Notes: generated from the letters alone by a model not told the origin. A stretch of 64,000 nucleotides of DNA from Eledone cirrhosa (GCA_964016885.1 OZ024761.1:6634001-6698000), one strand, 5' to 3'. Positions 11,307-28,000 are shown, counted from the stretch's first letter. Translations and numbers: made by a program.

Positions 11307-14300
11307 AATGTGAAAACTAAAATCCAAAGAGAGCTCGATAAGGATTTTATGTATATATAAAATATATATATATAAAATACCCTAGAACAAATATTTATAG
11401 TAAGAACAGATTAAAATGTATGCATATATATGTACATATATAGATATATATTTATTCATACATGCATAGAGAACAACAGAAAAAGGTCGGACAATAGGAG
11501 TGAAAGACCCCAAAACAAAACAAAATAAGAAGGACTAGCTAGTAATAACAAGTGTGTACATGAAAACTGCACACAAGTATTTTTTTTTATCCAAAAATTG
11601 GATTTAAGTCAGAGACGAGTTATCATTCGTGGCAAAAATTTCGTTTTTGTTTACATAAAATTTTCTTTTGTTTTGAAAAGTTAGAGGAGGAAAAAAGAAG
11701 AAGTTTTTCAATTTTCTCCACTTCCGATTATTTTCTACTGTATGCTAGAAAGAGCAGTGAAAGCAATATATATATTTCATGACAATATATATTGTTTTAA
11801 AGCTAAATTATTAACAACAATACATCGTATTTGCCGGTCTATTGGACACCCCTTCTCATAAGGCGCTCCTCTATTTCTATTATATTTTACGTTACATTTT
11901 GTGGTTTATAGGCATTTCTATGGACCGCTTCCAATGTTCGCGCTTTTTCAATATACTCGGGTCCTCTAGGACCGTATCACGCGCAAATACCGGGGAATAA
12001 CTGTATATGAATATATGGACTAATATACATTTAATTACACGCAAATTTATATAAATACCAATATATATACACTAATATATACCAACACATCTGTCTCTCT
12101 ATGTATATATGAGTAACCGTTTACTACTCATTGGAGACAGAGTGAGAGATTTGGCTGCTACTTTTAGTAGATTTAGATACTTCGGCAAATGGTTTATTTT
12201 TTTTTTTATTCTCGGTACTCTGAACACGATTTGAAATGACTGGAGTGTGTCTATAAAAGGGTAAACTGAAACTGTTGCACCGGTAACATTTTTAGTTTTA
12301 CACCGGTATATCCGAGACATAATCTGTCTCGCATTCGTTCGTTAGAGGTAATGTTTCGTATGACGTCTGAGTTAGTGTATAACTGTAGCTTATTACCATA
12401 CTTTCACACACATTATATCTATACACATATAGGATTTTATTATTAACTTTGTATTCTATCTAATGAGAAGAGTTAAAAATAATAAGTGAAGTTAAAACTA
12501 ACGTATAATTATATAACAATAGTATATAATAGTTTTCTCCACGTTATTGAGATTCCAAAGTTTTAAAGAAAAAAATCATGATAGCAGAAGAAATATATTT
12601 AATATCGTAACAGATAATATTTCAGGCAGGATGGTCGTTTCTCTTGTCTTCTATCTGTAGTAGATTCGTCATGTTCCGTGAATGTCACAGTTTATTATAC
12701 ATTGGAGACAGTGAGAGATTTGGCTACTATTTTTAGAAGATTTAGAAACTTCGGAAAACGGTTTACTTTTTTTCTTATTCCCGGCAGTCTGACCAGGATT
12801 TGAAATGACTGGAGTGATTTATAAAAGGGTAAACTGAATTAGTTGCCCCGGTAATATATTTAGTGTTACACCGGTATTTCGGAAACATATTCAATTTGGT
12901 ATTCGTTTGTAAGAGGTAATGGTTATTTTTTTCTTTTGCCGTCTGTGTTAGTGTAGAACTGTTCTAGATTGACGAGCTTGCTTTTTACAACTCGTTGTCA
13001 AAATACATATTATTTACTTTCACACAGACAATTATATTTATACAGATATAGGATTTTATTAAGTTTGTATTCCTTATAATAAAAGTTAGAAATAATAAGT
13101 CAAGTTAAAGAATTAAGTATAATCATATAACAAAAGTATATAATAGTTTCCTAGACTTTATTCAGATTCAAGCGTTTTAAAGGAAAAACATGACAGTACA
13201 AGAAATATATTTAATATCATAACATATAATATTTCAGGTAGGCAGGTTGTTTCTGTTGTCTTCTATCTCCAGTAGATTCGTCATGTTCAGTGAGTGTCCT
13301 CTCCAGCCATAATTATGTCGTAGACGTAAGCAAATCTTGAGGCAGCCTTTTTGCTGGTACATTTATTAGCATGAATTCATGTTTACCCTCCTCGTAATAA
13401 TTTGTACGTTTTTTTTTTAAATTTAGGTAAGACCTATATAAATATAAACGTTTGTGGGTTTAGTATACCTTTAAGTTTAATTTCATTTAAAAAATACCTC
13501 TAACACAATTAGAACTGGAGCTACTAAGTTCTTGGCCACTAGAACATCTATTTGATAGAAGTTATTTCCTACTTCTATGCACTGTGAATATCCCTTCTAC
13601 TTGTGTTTGTTAAAGAAACATTCTCTCATTTAGAAACCATGACTTCTTGTTAAATGAATGTTTTGTCTGGTCCAGTGTCAATAAGTGGCCTTGATTTTTG
13701 ATTATTAATAAAGTTGAGGGGTCTACTGAATTGACAAAAGCTAATATGGAAGTAAGATTTATCTAATGTTGCTCAGAATTTTCTTCATTATTGCTTATTT
13801 TAAAGTCTTGTTTAGCTGCCGATAAATTTGAAATCTATATGTTAGGTTGCTTATACCTACAAACCTTTCTTATGAGACTTACTACGGAATAAATTCTTAG
13901 CTGGAGATTTTACTTTGGGATAACGATCCTCCCAAATCCATAACAGCTTGAATCAGATGTAGCAAAAACTTGACTGTGAATATAATTGTAGACGGAAAAT
14001 GTGTTTGTTTATTCAATCTAAAGAGAAGGAAAAGGAATTATAAGTCATGTGCAAAATTAACGTTTAAAGACATAATAAATGTATCTCTCTTTCGCTCTGG
14101 AAAAATAAATTGGCTGTTTTAGGATCAGGAGGAGGGGAGAATTGACTCAGAAGGTTTAAAGGCACACATAGTGGAAAACAACATTTTAAAAATAATTATA
14201 TCGTTTTCAAATTCACGTAAGTTAAATAAAATATATTTAAATGAATCTATAGATGGGATGTTGATATCTGCCAGGACTAAAACACATTTTCAAAGGAATA

Positions 14301-17300
14301 ATAAAGAGAAATACCCACATCTCTAGTGGAAATATTTCTGAGATTCGAAACCCTATCGATGTATGTATTTTGTAACTGAAAAATTATCAAAAAATAATGT
14401 ACGTTTTTCACGCAAGTGAAATTAAAATGAATCTATATATAGGGTTTTTGATACCTGCCAGAGCTAATGAAATAGTAAAATTTTTTGTTTTCAATTACGT
14501 CAAGCATCGTATGTTCTTGTTTATTAAAGAACTGCTAAAATAGATTTAGTAAGTATTATGCCAAAATTTGTTTCTTAAGCAGTAATGATAGACTCCGTCT
14601 GTGCTAGAGTATGTTTACACACACTACATACATGCATATACATGAATTAATGGTTCATTAGCTTTATTTATCTATTTACACTTCTCGTAATAATTCGAGC
14701 GTTATTTTCTTCAGGAGAGACGTAGATAGAAAACGTTTGTGGCTTTAGTATTGCTTATTTTTATGTTTTGTTTAATTGCCAATAAATGTGAAATCTATTT
14801 GTTAGGTTACTTAGATCTACAAACCTTTCTTATGACACTTACTAATAATTCGAGCATGTCTTTCTTCGGGTGACAGGTAGATAGAAAAACGTTTGTTCAA
14901 AATTAACGTTTATAGACAAGAAAAGTATCTTTCTTTCTCTCTGGAAAAATAAATCGGCTGTTTTTAGACCAGGAGGAGACGAGGATTGACTCAGTCAGGT
15001 TTAAATGCATGCCCACATGGCGGTAATTATGGCAGCCCTACAACAATAGTTAAGTGTCTATAACAACCACGAATTCATGAGACTGAAATCCTTACTAATG
15101 TATTTTTACTTTGGTACTTGAAAAGAAAATTTTAAAAATAATTACATCCTTTTCACCTAAGTCAAATACTATGTACTTAAATGAATCTACAGATGAAGAT
15201 GCAATATCTACTAGGACCTTGGAAATAGTGAAATATATATTTAAAAAAATTAAAACTACTTTTCAAATAAATAATAAAGATACACAAACACATCTCTCGT
15301 GGTGATATTTCTGAGATTGGAAACCTTATCAATGTATGTATTTTGTCACTGAAAAGTTATAAAGAAAATAATTAATATTATATATGTGTTTTTAGCATAA
15401 GTGAAATTAAAATGAGGTTTTCGATACCTGCCAGAGCTTAGGAAATAATAAAGTAATTTTTTTTTTCAATTATGTCAAACATCGTAGGTGGTTCTTTATT
15501 AAAGAAATGCTAAAATAGATTTAAATATATCAAATTTGCACAGTAGAATTACGGCCGCTTGGTGGGCGTGTGGTAAAGTGGTGGTATCGTAGGTAGTGTA
15601 GTTAGGTAGTGAAGGTTCGAGCGTAGGGGGGAACTAAAAAGGTGGCTTCGAGATGACGGTGGCCCCGGTAGCCCAGAAGGTAGAGACCGTTCTTTTAATT
15701 AAAAAAATAAAAATACTTTAAATTTTAGATAAAGAAGATTGAAAGCCTACCTCCAATCTATACATATATAAAGCATGCATAGATACAGCACTATAACCCA
15801 CACGGCCACCTACAGACCAACAAATAAGTAGTGAAAATTAACACATTTAAAGTTATTTTATTGTTAGACTGAAAATAAGTTTATATAGATATATATTTAA
15901 CAAAAAGTAATCGAAGGCTTTATAGTCTAGTGGTAAGACATAGAACTAGGGAATGCAGTGGTTGGCTTTCGAATCAGATTATAATAACAATAATTTTTTT
16001 TTTTTTTTATCCTCATACTATAAGGAACTTACCTGATTTGAACACGTAGTCATACCATTTAAAGCTTTATTTGTCTCTCCCTCATGGTAAGACAATCAGC
16101 ATATAAATAAACATGCTTCAATTCAACACGTTTTCATACCATTTAAAACTTTCTTTAGAGATAAGGCAGACACACACAAATGAACTAGGTAGTAAACTAT
16201 GAAGACTACGTATGTCTATTAATATCAACGCGTCGTTAAATGTAGTGGTCATTTTATTGTTTAATGTACATAAACCCCTTAATATAATTGTTTCTACTTT
16301 TGACATAAGACCAGCAATTGTCCCAGTGCATTACTGATACTTCATTTTATCGATCCTGCAAGGTTGAACATATAATACCATGTAAAAGATTTAAATGTCA
16401 GAAGGAATCATTTTTATTTTCTTGTTCCGTCAAACCTTGCGTTTATTCTGCACACACACTTGTGGTCGAAACACTTGCTTGAGGTGGGGTTTTTTTATTA
16501 TAGAAAAACCTAAACTAAGTTCAATGTACTTAAACTATTGCAAACATTGTTTTTTACAGAAAGAAGTAAACAGGGAGTTCCATGGAGCCGACATTCTCGA
16601 CAAGAAGGGTTAGACATGAGAAACTTTCGCTTTGTGGAGATTGACACAACATTGGGTGATGATACGAGGAGAGGAAAGGTTGTGGAGAGTGTCTGAGTGG
16701 AAGAGATGAAATGTGAGCAGTAACCTCCGAAGAGTTGAAATTACTAATTGAGATGAAATCATAGCTATGTTGACAATATATATTACAAACATGTAGTATA
16801 AATTAAACTAGTGTTATCCTGTAACACAGAAGACAAATAAAACATTACCTCTTGCATGCACCTCGTACCGGTGTAAACTAAATATGCCACCGGTGTAGCG
16901 TTTTTATAGTCTCTCCGCTTCATTATATCATCGAGTAACTTGAAACTGAGTTCAAATCACCGGGAGGTAGAAATGTCACTTTAAAATGAAGACACAGCTT
17001 GCATATTGATTTGACACAGCTTGCATATTGATTTCACGTTCAAAATAAAAGATACACACACACACTATCCATCTATTTATCTCTTTCTATATATATATAT
17101 ATGATTATACCCAAAGATATCGATATTGAAACAATTCTAATATGCCAATAAAGTTAATATGTATGCTGTAACAGTCTTTTGGGTCTTACTTTTATTCACA
17201 ATGTACAGTTGCTTTAATTCTGGAATAAAACCTAACTGAAACCGTCTTGTCACAATATGGAGTAGGGGCGAATCGCCTGTAACTCTAGTTACACAAAGAA

Positions 17301-17308
17301 TGAAATAA

Positions 17309-17339
<31 letters not shown>

Positions 17340-18107
17340 TATTTTTTTGTATAACGGATGTGTATGTAAAATAATATAATTAATATTTGTGCCACAAACG
17401 GCGTGTTTACATTAAATTCAATGCATGTATAACTACACATACAATGAGCTTTTTCGTTAAAAAACGTTAATATCATATTATTAAGAAAATTATTAATTTC
17501 TGGATGTGTTGTGAGTATATATATTCTAAAAGAGACGGGGTTTAAATGAAACCATTACCTCTTATGAATAAATGTCAAACTGTTTAGAAATACGTGTATG
17601 TATACATACTCTATTTAAGACGACATAACAAACTACCTTTCGTTAAAGAATGCCAAATAGATTATACTTGAGCAATAGCGGTGTAACACTAATTAAGTTA
17701 CCGGTGTAGATATATTAGTTTACCACTATCAACCGACTGCCCGGTAATTTGAATTCGAGTTCATAGTGGAGGTTGTAAAAGAAAAATGTTTGGAAAATAG
17801 TAGACTCTAAACCTGCTAGACACAGCAGTCAAATCGGTTCCTCAGGGTAATAGATGCAAGTAGCTGCGACTTACCCTGTAGGGAGGGGGGGGGGGGGACA
17901 GTGATTAAAATTTACTCAATATATTAATAGTGTGTAAAGAAATATATATATATATGTGTATGGGTGTGTGTTTATATATGCACACACACACACACATATA
18001 TATTATATATGTATGTATGTATACATATATATAAACACACGTATCTATATATACATACTTATCCATAAATATAAACATATTTAAATGTTTACATCAGCAT
18101 ATATAAA

Positions 18108-18153
<46 letters not shown>

Positions 18154-21100
18154 AATGTGAAAACTAAAATCCAAAGAGAGCTCGATAAGGATTTTATGTA
18201 TATATAAAATATATATATATAAAATACCCTAGAACAAATATTTATAGTAAGAACAGATTAAAATGTATGCATATATATGTACATATATAGATATATATTT
18301 ATTCATACATGCATAGAGAACAACAGAAAAAGGTCGGACAATAGGAGTGAAAGACCCCAAAACAAAACAAAATAAGAAGGACTAGCTAGTAATAACAAGT
18401 GTGTACATGAAAACTGCACACAAGTATTTTTTTTTATCCAAAAATTGGATTTAAGTCAGAGACGAGTTATCATTCGTGGCAAAAATTTCGTTTTTGTTTA
18501 CATAAAATTTTCTTTTGTTTTGAAAAGTTAGAGGAGGAAAAAAGAAGAAGTTTTTCAATTTTCTCCACTTCCGATTATTTTCTACTGTATGCTAGAAAGA
18601 GCAGTGAAAGCAATATATATATTTCATGACAATATATATTGTTTTAAAGCTAAATTATTAACAACAATACATCGTATTTGCCGGTCTATTGGACACCCCT
18701 TCTCATAAGGCGCTCCTCTATTTCTATTATATTTTACGTTACATTTTGTGGTTTATAGGCATTTCTATGGACCACTTCCAATGTTCGCGCTTTTTCAATA
18801 TACTCGGGTCCTCTAGGACCGTATCACGCGCAAATACCGGGGAATAACTGTATATGAATATATGGACTAATATACATTTAATTACACGCAAATTTATATA
18901 AATACCAATATATATACACTAATATATACCAACACATCTGTCTCTCTATGTATATATGAGTAACCGTTTACTACTCATTGGAGACAGAGTGAGAGATTTG
19001 GCTGCTACTTTTAGTAGATTTAGATACTTCGGCAAATGGTTTATTTTTTTTTTTATTCTCGGTACTCTGAACACGATTTGAAATGACTGGAGTGTGTCTA
19101 TAAAAGGGTAAACTGAAACTGTTGCACCGGTAACATTTTTAGTTTTACACCGGTATATCCGAGACATAATCTGTCTCGCATTCGTTCGTTAGAGGTAATG
19201 TTTCTTATGTCGTCTGAGTTAGTGTATAACTGTAGCTTATTACCATACTTTCACACAAATTATATCTATACACATATAGGATTTTATTATTAACTTTGTA
19301 TTCTATCTAATGAGAAGAGTTAGAAATAATAAGTGAAGTTAAAACTAACGTATAATTATATAACAATAGTATATAATAGTTTTCTCCACGTTATTGAGAT
19401 TCCAAAGTTTTAAAGAAAAAATCAAGATAGCAGAAGAAATATATTTAATATCGTAACAGATAATATTTCAGGCAGGGTGGTCGTTTCTCTTGTCTTCTAT
19501 CTGTAGTAGATTCGTCATGTTCCGTGAATGTCACAGTTTATTATACATTGGAGACAGTGAGAGATTTGGCTACTATTTTTAGAAGATTTAGAAACTTCGG
19601 AAAACGGTTTACTTTTTTTCTTATTCCCGGCAGTCTGACCAGGATTTGAAATGACTGGAGTGATTTATAAAAGGGTAAACTGAATTAGTTGCCCCGGTAA
19701 TATATTTAGTGTTACACCGGTATTTCGGAAACATATTCAATTTGGTATTCGTTTGTAAGAGGTAATGGTTATTTTTTTCTTTTGCCGTCTGTGTTAGTGT
19801 AGAACTGTTCTAGATTGACGAGCTTGCTTTTTACAACTCGTTGTCAAAATACATATTATTTACTTTCACACAGACAATTATATTTATACAGATATAGGAT
19901 TTTATTAAGTTTGTATTCCTTATAATAAAAGTTAGAAATAATAAGTCAAGTTAAAGAATTAAGTATAATCATATAACAAAAGTATATAATAGTTTCCTAG
20001 ACTTTATTCAGATTCAAGCGTTTTAAAGGAAAAACATGACAGTACAAGAAATATATTTAATATCATAACATATAATATTTCAGGTAGGCAGGTTGTTTCT
20101 GTTGTCTTCTATCTCCAGTAGATTCGTCATGTTCAGTGAGTGTCCTCTCCAGCCATAATTATGTCGTAGACGTAAGCAAATCTTGAGGCAGCCTTTTTGC
20201 TGGTACATTTATTAGCATGAATTCATGTTTACCCTCCTCGTAATAATTTGTACGTTTTTTTTTAAAATTTAGGTAAGACCTATATAAATATAAACGTTTG
20301 TGGGTTTAGTATACCTTTAAGTTTAATTTCATTTAAAAAATACTTCTAACACAATTAGAACTGGAGCTACTAAGTTCTTGGCCACTAGAACATCTATTTG
20401 ATAGAAGTTATTTCCTACTTCTATGCACTGTGAATATCCCTTCTACTTGTGTTTGTTAAAGAAACATTCTCTCATTTAGAAACCATGACTTCTTGTTAAA
20501 TGAATGTTTTGTCTGGTCCAGTGTCAATAAGTGGCCTTGATTTTTGATTATTAATAAAGTTGAGGGGTCTACTGAATTGACAAAAGCTAATATGGAAGTA
20601 AGATTTATCTAATGTTGCTCAGAATTTTCTTCATTATTGCTTATTTTAAAGTCTTGTTTAGCTGCCGATAAATTTGAAATCTATATGTTAGGTTGCTTAT
20701 ACCTACAAACCTTTCTTATGAGACTTACTACGGAATAAATTCTTAGCTGGAGATTTTACTTTGGGATAACGATCCTCCCAAATCCATAACAGCTTGAATC
20801 AGATGTAGCAAAAACTTGACTGTGAATATAATTGTAGACGGAAAATGTGTTTGTTTATTCAATCTAAAGAGAAGGAAAAGGAATTATAAGTCATGTGCAA
20901 AATTAACGTTTAAAGACATAATAAATGTATCTCTCTTTCGCTCTGGAAAAATAAATTGGCTGTTTTAGGATCAGGAGGAGGGGAGAATTGACTCAGAAGG
21001 TTTAAAGGCACACATAGTGGAAAACAACATTTTAAAAATAATTATATCGTTTTCAAATTCACGTAAGTTAAATAAAATATATTTAAATGAATCTATAGAT

Positions 21101-24100
21101 GGGATGTTGATATCTGCCAGGACTAAAACACATTTTCAAAGGAATAATAAAGAGAAATACCCACATCTCTAGTGGAAATATTTCTGAGATTCGAAACCCT
21201 ATCGATGTATGTATTTTGTAACTGAAAAATTATCAAAAAATAATGTACGTTTTTCACGCAAGTGAAATTAAAATGAATCTATATATAGGGTTTTTGATAC
21301 CTGCCAGAGCTAATGAAATAGTAAAATTTTTTGTTTTCAATTACGTCAAGCATCGTATGTTCTTGTTTATTAAAGAACTGCTGAAATAGATTTAGTAAGT
21401 ATTATGCCAAAATTTGTTTCTTAAGCGGTAATGATAGACTCCGTCTGTGCTAGAGTATGTTTACACACACTACATACATGCATATACATGAATTAATGGT
21501 TCATTAGCTTTATTTATCTATTTACACTTCTCGTAATAATTCGAGCGTTATTTTCTTCAGGAGAGACGTAGATAGAAAACGTTTGTGGCTTTAGTATTGC
21601 TTATTTTTATGTTTTGTTTAATTGCCAATAAATGTGAAATCTATTTGTTAGGTTACTTAGATCTACAAACCTTTCTTATGACACTTACTAATAATTCGAG
21701 CATGTCTTTCTTCGGGTGACAGGTAGATAGAAAAACGTTTGTTCAAAATTAACGTTTATAGACAAGAAAAGTATCTTTCTTTCTCTCTGGAAAAATAAAT
21801 CGGCTGTTTTTAGACCAGGAGGAGACGAGGATTGACTCAGTCAGGTTTAAATGCATGCCCACATGGCGGTAATTATGGCAGCCCTACAACAATAGTTAAG
21901 TGTCTATAACAACCACGAATTCATGAGACTGAAATCCTTACTAATGTATTTTTACTTTGGTACTTGAAAAGAAAATTTTAAAAATAATTACATCCTTTTC
22001 ACCTAAGTCAAATACTATGTACTTAAATGAATCTACAGATGAAGATGCAATATCTACTAGGACCTTGGAAATAGTGAAATATATATTTAAAAAAATTAAA
22101 ACTACTTTTCAAATAAATAATAAAGATACACAAACACATCTCTCGTGGTGATATTTCTGAGATTGGAAACCTTATCAATGTATGTATTTTGTCACTGAAA
22201 AGTTATAAAGAAAATAATTAATATTATATATGTGTTTTTAGCATAAGTGAAATTAAAATGAGGTTTTCGATACCTGCCAGAGCTTAGGAAATAATAAAGT
22301 AATTTTTTTTTTCAATTATGTCAAACATCGTAGGTGGTTCTTTATTAAAGAAATGCTAAAATAGATTTAAATATATCAAATTTGCACAGTAGAATTACGG
22401 CCGCTTGGTGGGCGTGTGGTAAAGTGGTGGTATCGTAGGTAGTGTAGTTAGGTAGTGAAGGTTCGAGCGTAGGGGGGAACTAAAAAGGTGGCTTCGAGAT
22501 GACGGTGGCCCCGGTAGCCCAGAAGGTAGAGACCGTTCTTTTAATTAAAAAAATAAAAATACTTTAAATTTTAGATAAAGAAGATTGAAAGCCTACCTCC
22601 AATCTATACATATATAAAGCATGCATAGATACAGCACTATAACCCACACGGCCACCTACAGACCAACAAATAAGTAGTGAAAATTAACACATTTAAAGTT
22701 ATTTTATTGTTAGACTGAAAATAAGTTTATATAGATATATATTTAACAAAAAGTAATCGAAGGCTTTATAGTCTAGTGGTAAGACATAGAACTAGGGAAT
22801 GCAGTGGTTGGCTTTCGAATCAGATTATAATAACAATAATTTTTTTTTTTTTTTATCCTCATACTATAAGGAACTTACCTGATTTGAACACGTAGTCATA
22901 CCATTTAAAGCTTTATTTGTCTCTCCCTCATGGTAAGACAATCAGCATATAAATAAACATGCTTCAATTCAACACGTTTTCATACCATTTAAAACTTTCT
23001 TTAGAGATAAGGCAGACACACACAAATGAACTAGGTAGTAAACTATGAAGACTACGTATGTCTATTAATATCAACGCGTCGTTAAATGTAGTGGTCATTT
23101 TATTGTTTAATGTACATAAACCCCTTAATATAATTGTTTCTACTTTTGACATAAGACCAGCAATTGTCCCAGTGCATTACTGATACTTCATTTTATCCAT
23201 CCTGCAAGGTTGAACATATAATACCATGTAAAAGATTTAAATGTCAGAAGGAATCATTTTTATTTTCTTGTTCCGTCAAACCTTGCGTTTATTCTGCACA
23301 CACACTTGTGGTCGAAACACTTGCTTGAGGTGGGGTTTTTTTATTATAGAAAAACCTAAACTAAGTTCAATGTACTTAAACTATTGCAAACATTGTTTTT
23401 TACAGAAAGAAGTAAACAGGGAGTTCCATGGAGCCGACATTCTCGACAAGAAGGGTTAGACATGAGAAACTTTCGCTTTGTGGAGATTGACACAACATTG
23501 GGTGATGATACGAGGAGAGGAAAGGTTGTGGAGAGTGTCTGAGTGGAAGAGATGAAATGTGAGCAGTAACCTCCGAAGAGTTGAAATTACTAATTGAGAT
23601 GAAATCATAGCTATGTTGACAATATATATTACAAACATGTAGTATAAATTAAACTAGTGTTATCCTGTAACACAGAAGACAAATAAAACATTACCTCTTG
23701 CATGCACCTCGTACCGGTGTAAACTAAATATGCCACCGGTGTAGCGTTTTTATAGTCTCTCCGCTTCATTATATCATCGAGTAACTTGAAACTGAGTTCA
23801 AATCACCGGGAGGTAGAAATGTCACTTTAAAATGAAGACACAGCTTGCATATTGATTTGACACAGCTTGCATATTGATTTCACACAGCTTGTATATTGAT
23901 TTCACGTTCAAAATAAAAGATACACACACACACTATCCATCTATTTATCTCTTTCTATATATATATATATGATTATACCCAAAGATATCGATATTGAAAC
24001 AATTCTAATATGCCAATAAAGTTAATATGTATGCTGTAACAGTCTTTTGGGTCTTACTTTTATTCACAATGTACAGTTGCTTTAATTCTGGAATAAAACC

Positions 24101-24176
24101 TAACTGAAACCGTCTTGTCACAATATGGAGTAGGGGCGAATCGCCTGTAACTCTAGTTACACAAAGAATGAAATAA

Positions 24177-24207
<31 letters not shown>

Positions 24208-24974
24208 TATTTTTTTGTATAACGGATGTGTATGTAAAATAATATAATTAATATTTGTGCCACAAACGGCGTGTTTACATTAAATTCAATGCATGTATAA
24301 CTACACATACAATGAGCTTTTTCGTTAAAAAACGTTAATATCATATTATTAAGAAAATTATTAATTTCTGGATGTGTTGTGAGTATATATATTCTAAAAG
24401 AGACGGGGTTTAAATGAAACCATTACCTCTTATGAATAAATGTCAAACTGTTTAGAAATACGTGTATGTATACATACTCTATTTAAGACGACATAACAAA
24501 CTACCTTTCGTTAAAGAATGCCAAATAGATTATACTTGAGCAATAGCGGTGTAACACTAATTAAGTTACCGGTGTAGATATATTAGTTTACCACTATCAA
24601 CCGACTGCCCGGTAATTTGAATTCGAGTTCATAGTGGAGGTTGTAAAAGAAAAATGTTTGGAAAATAGTAGACTCTAAACCTGCTAGACACAGCAGTCAA
24701 ATCGGTTCCTCAGGGTAATAGATGCAAGTAGCTGCGACTTACCCTGTAGGGAGGGGGGGGGGGAACAGTGAATAAAATTTACTCAATATATTAATAGTGT
24801 GTAAAGAAATATATATATATATGTGTATGGGTGTGTGTTTATATATGCACACACACACACACATATATATTATATATGTATGTATGTATACATATATATA
24901 AACACACGTATCTATATATACATACTTATCCATAAATATAAACATATTTAAATGTTTACATCAGCATATATAAA

Positions 24975-25024
<50 letters not shown>

Positions 25025-28000
25025 AATGTGAAAACTAAAATCCAAAGAGAGCTCGATAAGGATTTTATGTATATATAAAATATATATATATAAAATACCC
25101 TAGAACAAATATTTATAGTAAGAACAGATTAAAATGTATGCATATATATGTACATATATAGATATATATTTATTCATACATGCATAGAGAACAACAGAAA
25201 AAGGTCGGACAATAGGAGTGAAAGACCCCAAAACAAAACAAAATAAGAAGGACTAGCTAGTAATAACAAGTGTGTACATGAAAACTGCACACAAGTATTT
25301 TTTTTTATCCAAAAATTGGATTTAAGTCAGAGACGAGTTATCATTCGTGGCAAAAATTTCGTTTTTGTTTACATAAAATTTTCTTTTGTTTTGAAAAGTT
25401 AGAGGAGGAAAAAAGAAGAAGTTTTTCAATTTTCTCCACTTCCGATTATTTTCTACTGTATGCTAGAAAGAGCAGTGAAAGCAATATATATATTTCATGA
25501 CAATATATATTGTTTTAAAGCTAAATTATTAACAACAATACATCGTATTTGCCGGTCTATTGGACACCCCTTCTCATAAGGCGCTCCTCTATTTCTATTA
25601 TATTTTACGTTACATTTTGTGGTTTATAGGCATTTCTATGGACCGCTTCCAATGTTCGCGCTTTTTCAATATACTCGAGTCCTCTAGGACCGTATCACGC
25701 GCAAATACCGGGGAATAACTGTATATGAATATATGGACTAATATACATTTAATTACACGCAAATTTATATAAATACCAATATATATACACTAATATATAC
25801 CAACACATCTGTCTCTCTATGTATATATGAGTAACCGTTTACTACTCATTGGAGACAGAGTGAGAGATTTGGCTGCTACTTTTAGTAGATTTAGATACTT
25901 CGGCAAATGGTTTATTTTTTTTTTTATTCTCGGTACTCTGAACACGATTTGAAATGACTGGAGTGTGTCTATAAAAGGGTAAACTGAAACTGTTGCACCG
26001 GTAACATTTTTAGTTTTACACCGGTATATCCGAGACATAATCTGTCTCGCATTCGTTCGTTAGAGGTAATGCTTCTTATGTCGTCTGAGTTAGTGTATAA
26101 CTGTAGCTTATTACCATACTTTCACACAAATTATATCTATACACATATAGGATTTTATTATTAACTTTGTATTCTATCTAATGAGAAGAGTTAGAAATAA
26201 TAAGTGAAGTTAAAACTAACGTATAATTATATAACAATAGTATATAATAGTTTTCTCCACGTTATTGAGATTCCAAAGTTTTAAAGAAAAAATCAAGATA
26301 GCAGAAGAAATATATTTAATATCGTAACAGATAATATTTCAGGCAGGGTGGTCGTTTCTCTTGTCTTCTATCTGTAGTAGATTCGTCATGTTCCGTGAAT
26401 GTCACAGTTTATTATACATTGGAGACAGTGAGAGATTTGGCTACTATTTTTAGAAGATTTAGAAACTTCGGAAAACGGTTTACTTTTTTTCTTATTCCCG
26501 GCAGTCTGACCAGGATTTGAAATGACTGGAGTGATTTATAAAAGGGTAAACTGAATTAGTTGCCCCGGTAATATATTTAGTGTTACACCGGTATTTCGGA
26601 AACATATTCAATTTGGTATTCGTTTGTAAGAGGTAATGGTTATTTTTTTCTTTTGCCGTCTGTGTTAGTGTAGAACTGTTCTAGATTGACGAGCTTGCTT
26701 TTTACAACTCGTTGTCAAAATACATATTATTTACTTTCACACAGACAATTATATTTATACAGATATAGGATTTTATTAAGTTTGTATTCCTTATAATAAA
26801 AGTTAGAAATAATAAGTCAAGTTAAAGAATTAAGTATAATCATATAACAAAAGTATATAATAGTTTCCTAGACTTTATTCAGATTCAAGCGTTTTAAAGG
26901 AAAAACATGACAGTACAAGAAATATATTTAATATCATAACATATAATATTTCAGGTAGGCAGGTTGTTTCTGTTGTCTTCTATCTCCAGTAGATTCGTCA
27001 TGTTCAGTGAGTGTCCTCTCCAGCCATAATTATGTCGTAGACGTAAGCATAAGTTCGATTTCTTCTGAAAGCAAGAGCAAATCTTGAGGCAGCCTTTTTG
27101 CTGGTACATTTATTAGCATGAATTCATGTTTACCCTCCTCGTAATAATTTGTACGTTTTTTTTTAAAATTTAGGTAAGACCTATATAAATATAAACGTTT
27201 GTGGGTTTAGTATACCTTTAAGTTTAATTTCATTTAAAAAATACTTCTAACACAATTAGAACTGGAGCTACTAAGTTCTTGGCCACTAGAACATCTATTT
27301 GATAGAAGTTATTTCCTACTTCTATGCACTGTGAATATCCCTTCTACTTGTGTTTGTTAAAGAAACATTCTCTCATTTAGAAACCATGACTTCTTGTTAA
27401 ATGAATGTTTTGTCTGGTCCAGTGTCAATAAGTGGCCTTGATTTTTGATTATTAATAAAGTTGAGGGGTCTACTGAATTGACAAAAGCTAATATGGAAGT
27501 AAGATTTATCTAATGTTGCTCAGAATTTTCTTCATTATTGCTTATTTTAAAGTCTTGTTTAGCTGCCGATAAATTTGAAATCTATATGTTAGGTTGCTTA
27601 TACCTACAAACCTTTCTTATGAGACTTACTACGGAATAAATTCTTAGCTGGAGATTTTACTTTGGGATAACGATCCTCCCAAATCCATAACAGCTTGAAT
27701 CAGATGTAGCAAAAACTTGACTGTGAATATAATTGTAGACGGAAAATGTGTTTGTTTATTCAATCTAAAGAGAAGGAAAAGGAATTATAAGTCGTGTGCA
27801 AAATTAACGTTTAAAGACATAATAAATGTATCTCTCTTTCGCTCTGGAAAAATAAATTGGCTGTTTTAGGATCAGGAGGAGGGGAGAATTGACTCAGAAG
27901 GTTTAAAGGCACACATAGTGGAAAACAACATTTTAAAAATAATTATATCGTTTTCAAATTCACGTAAGTTAAATAAAATATATTTAAATGAATCTATAGA

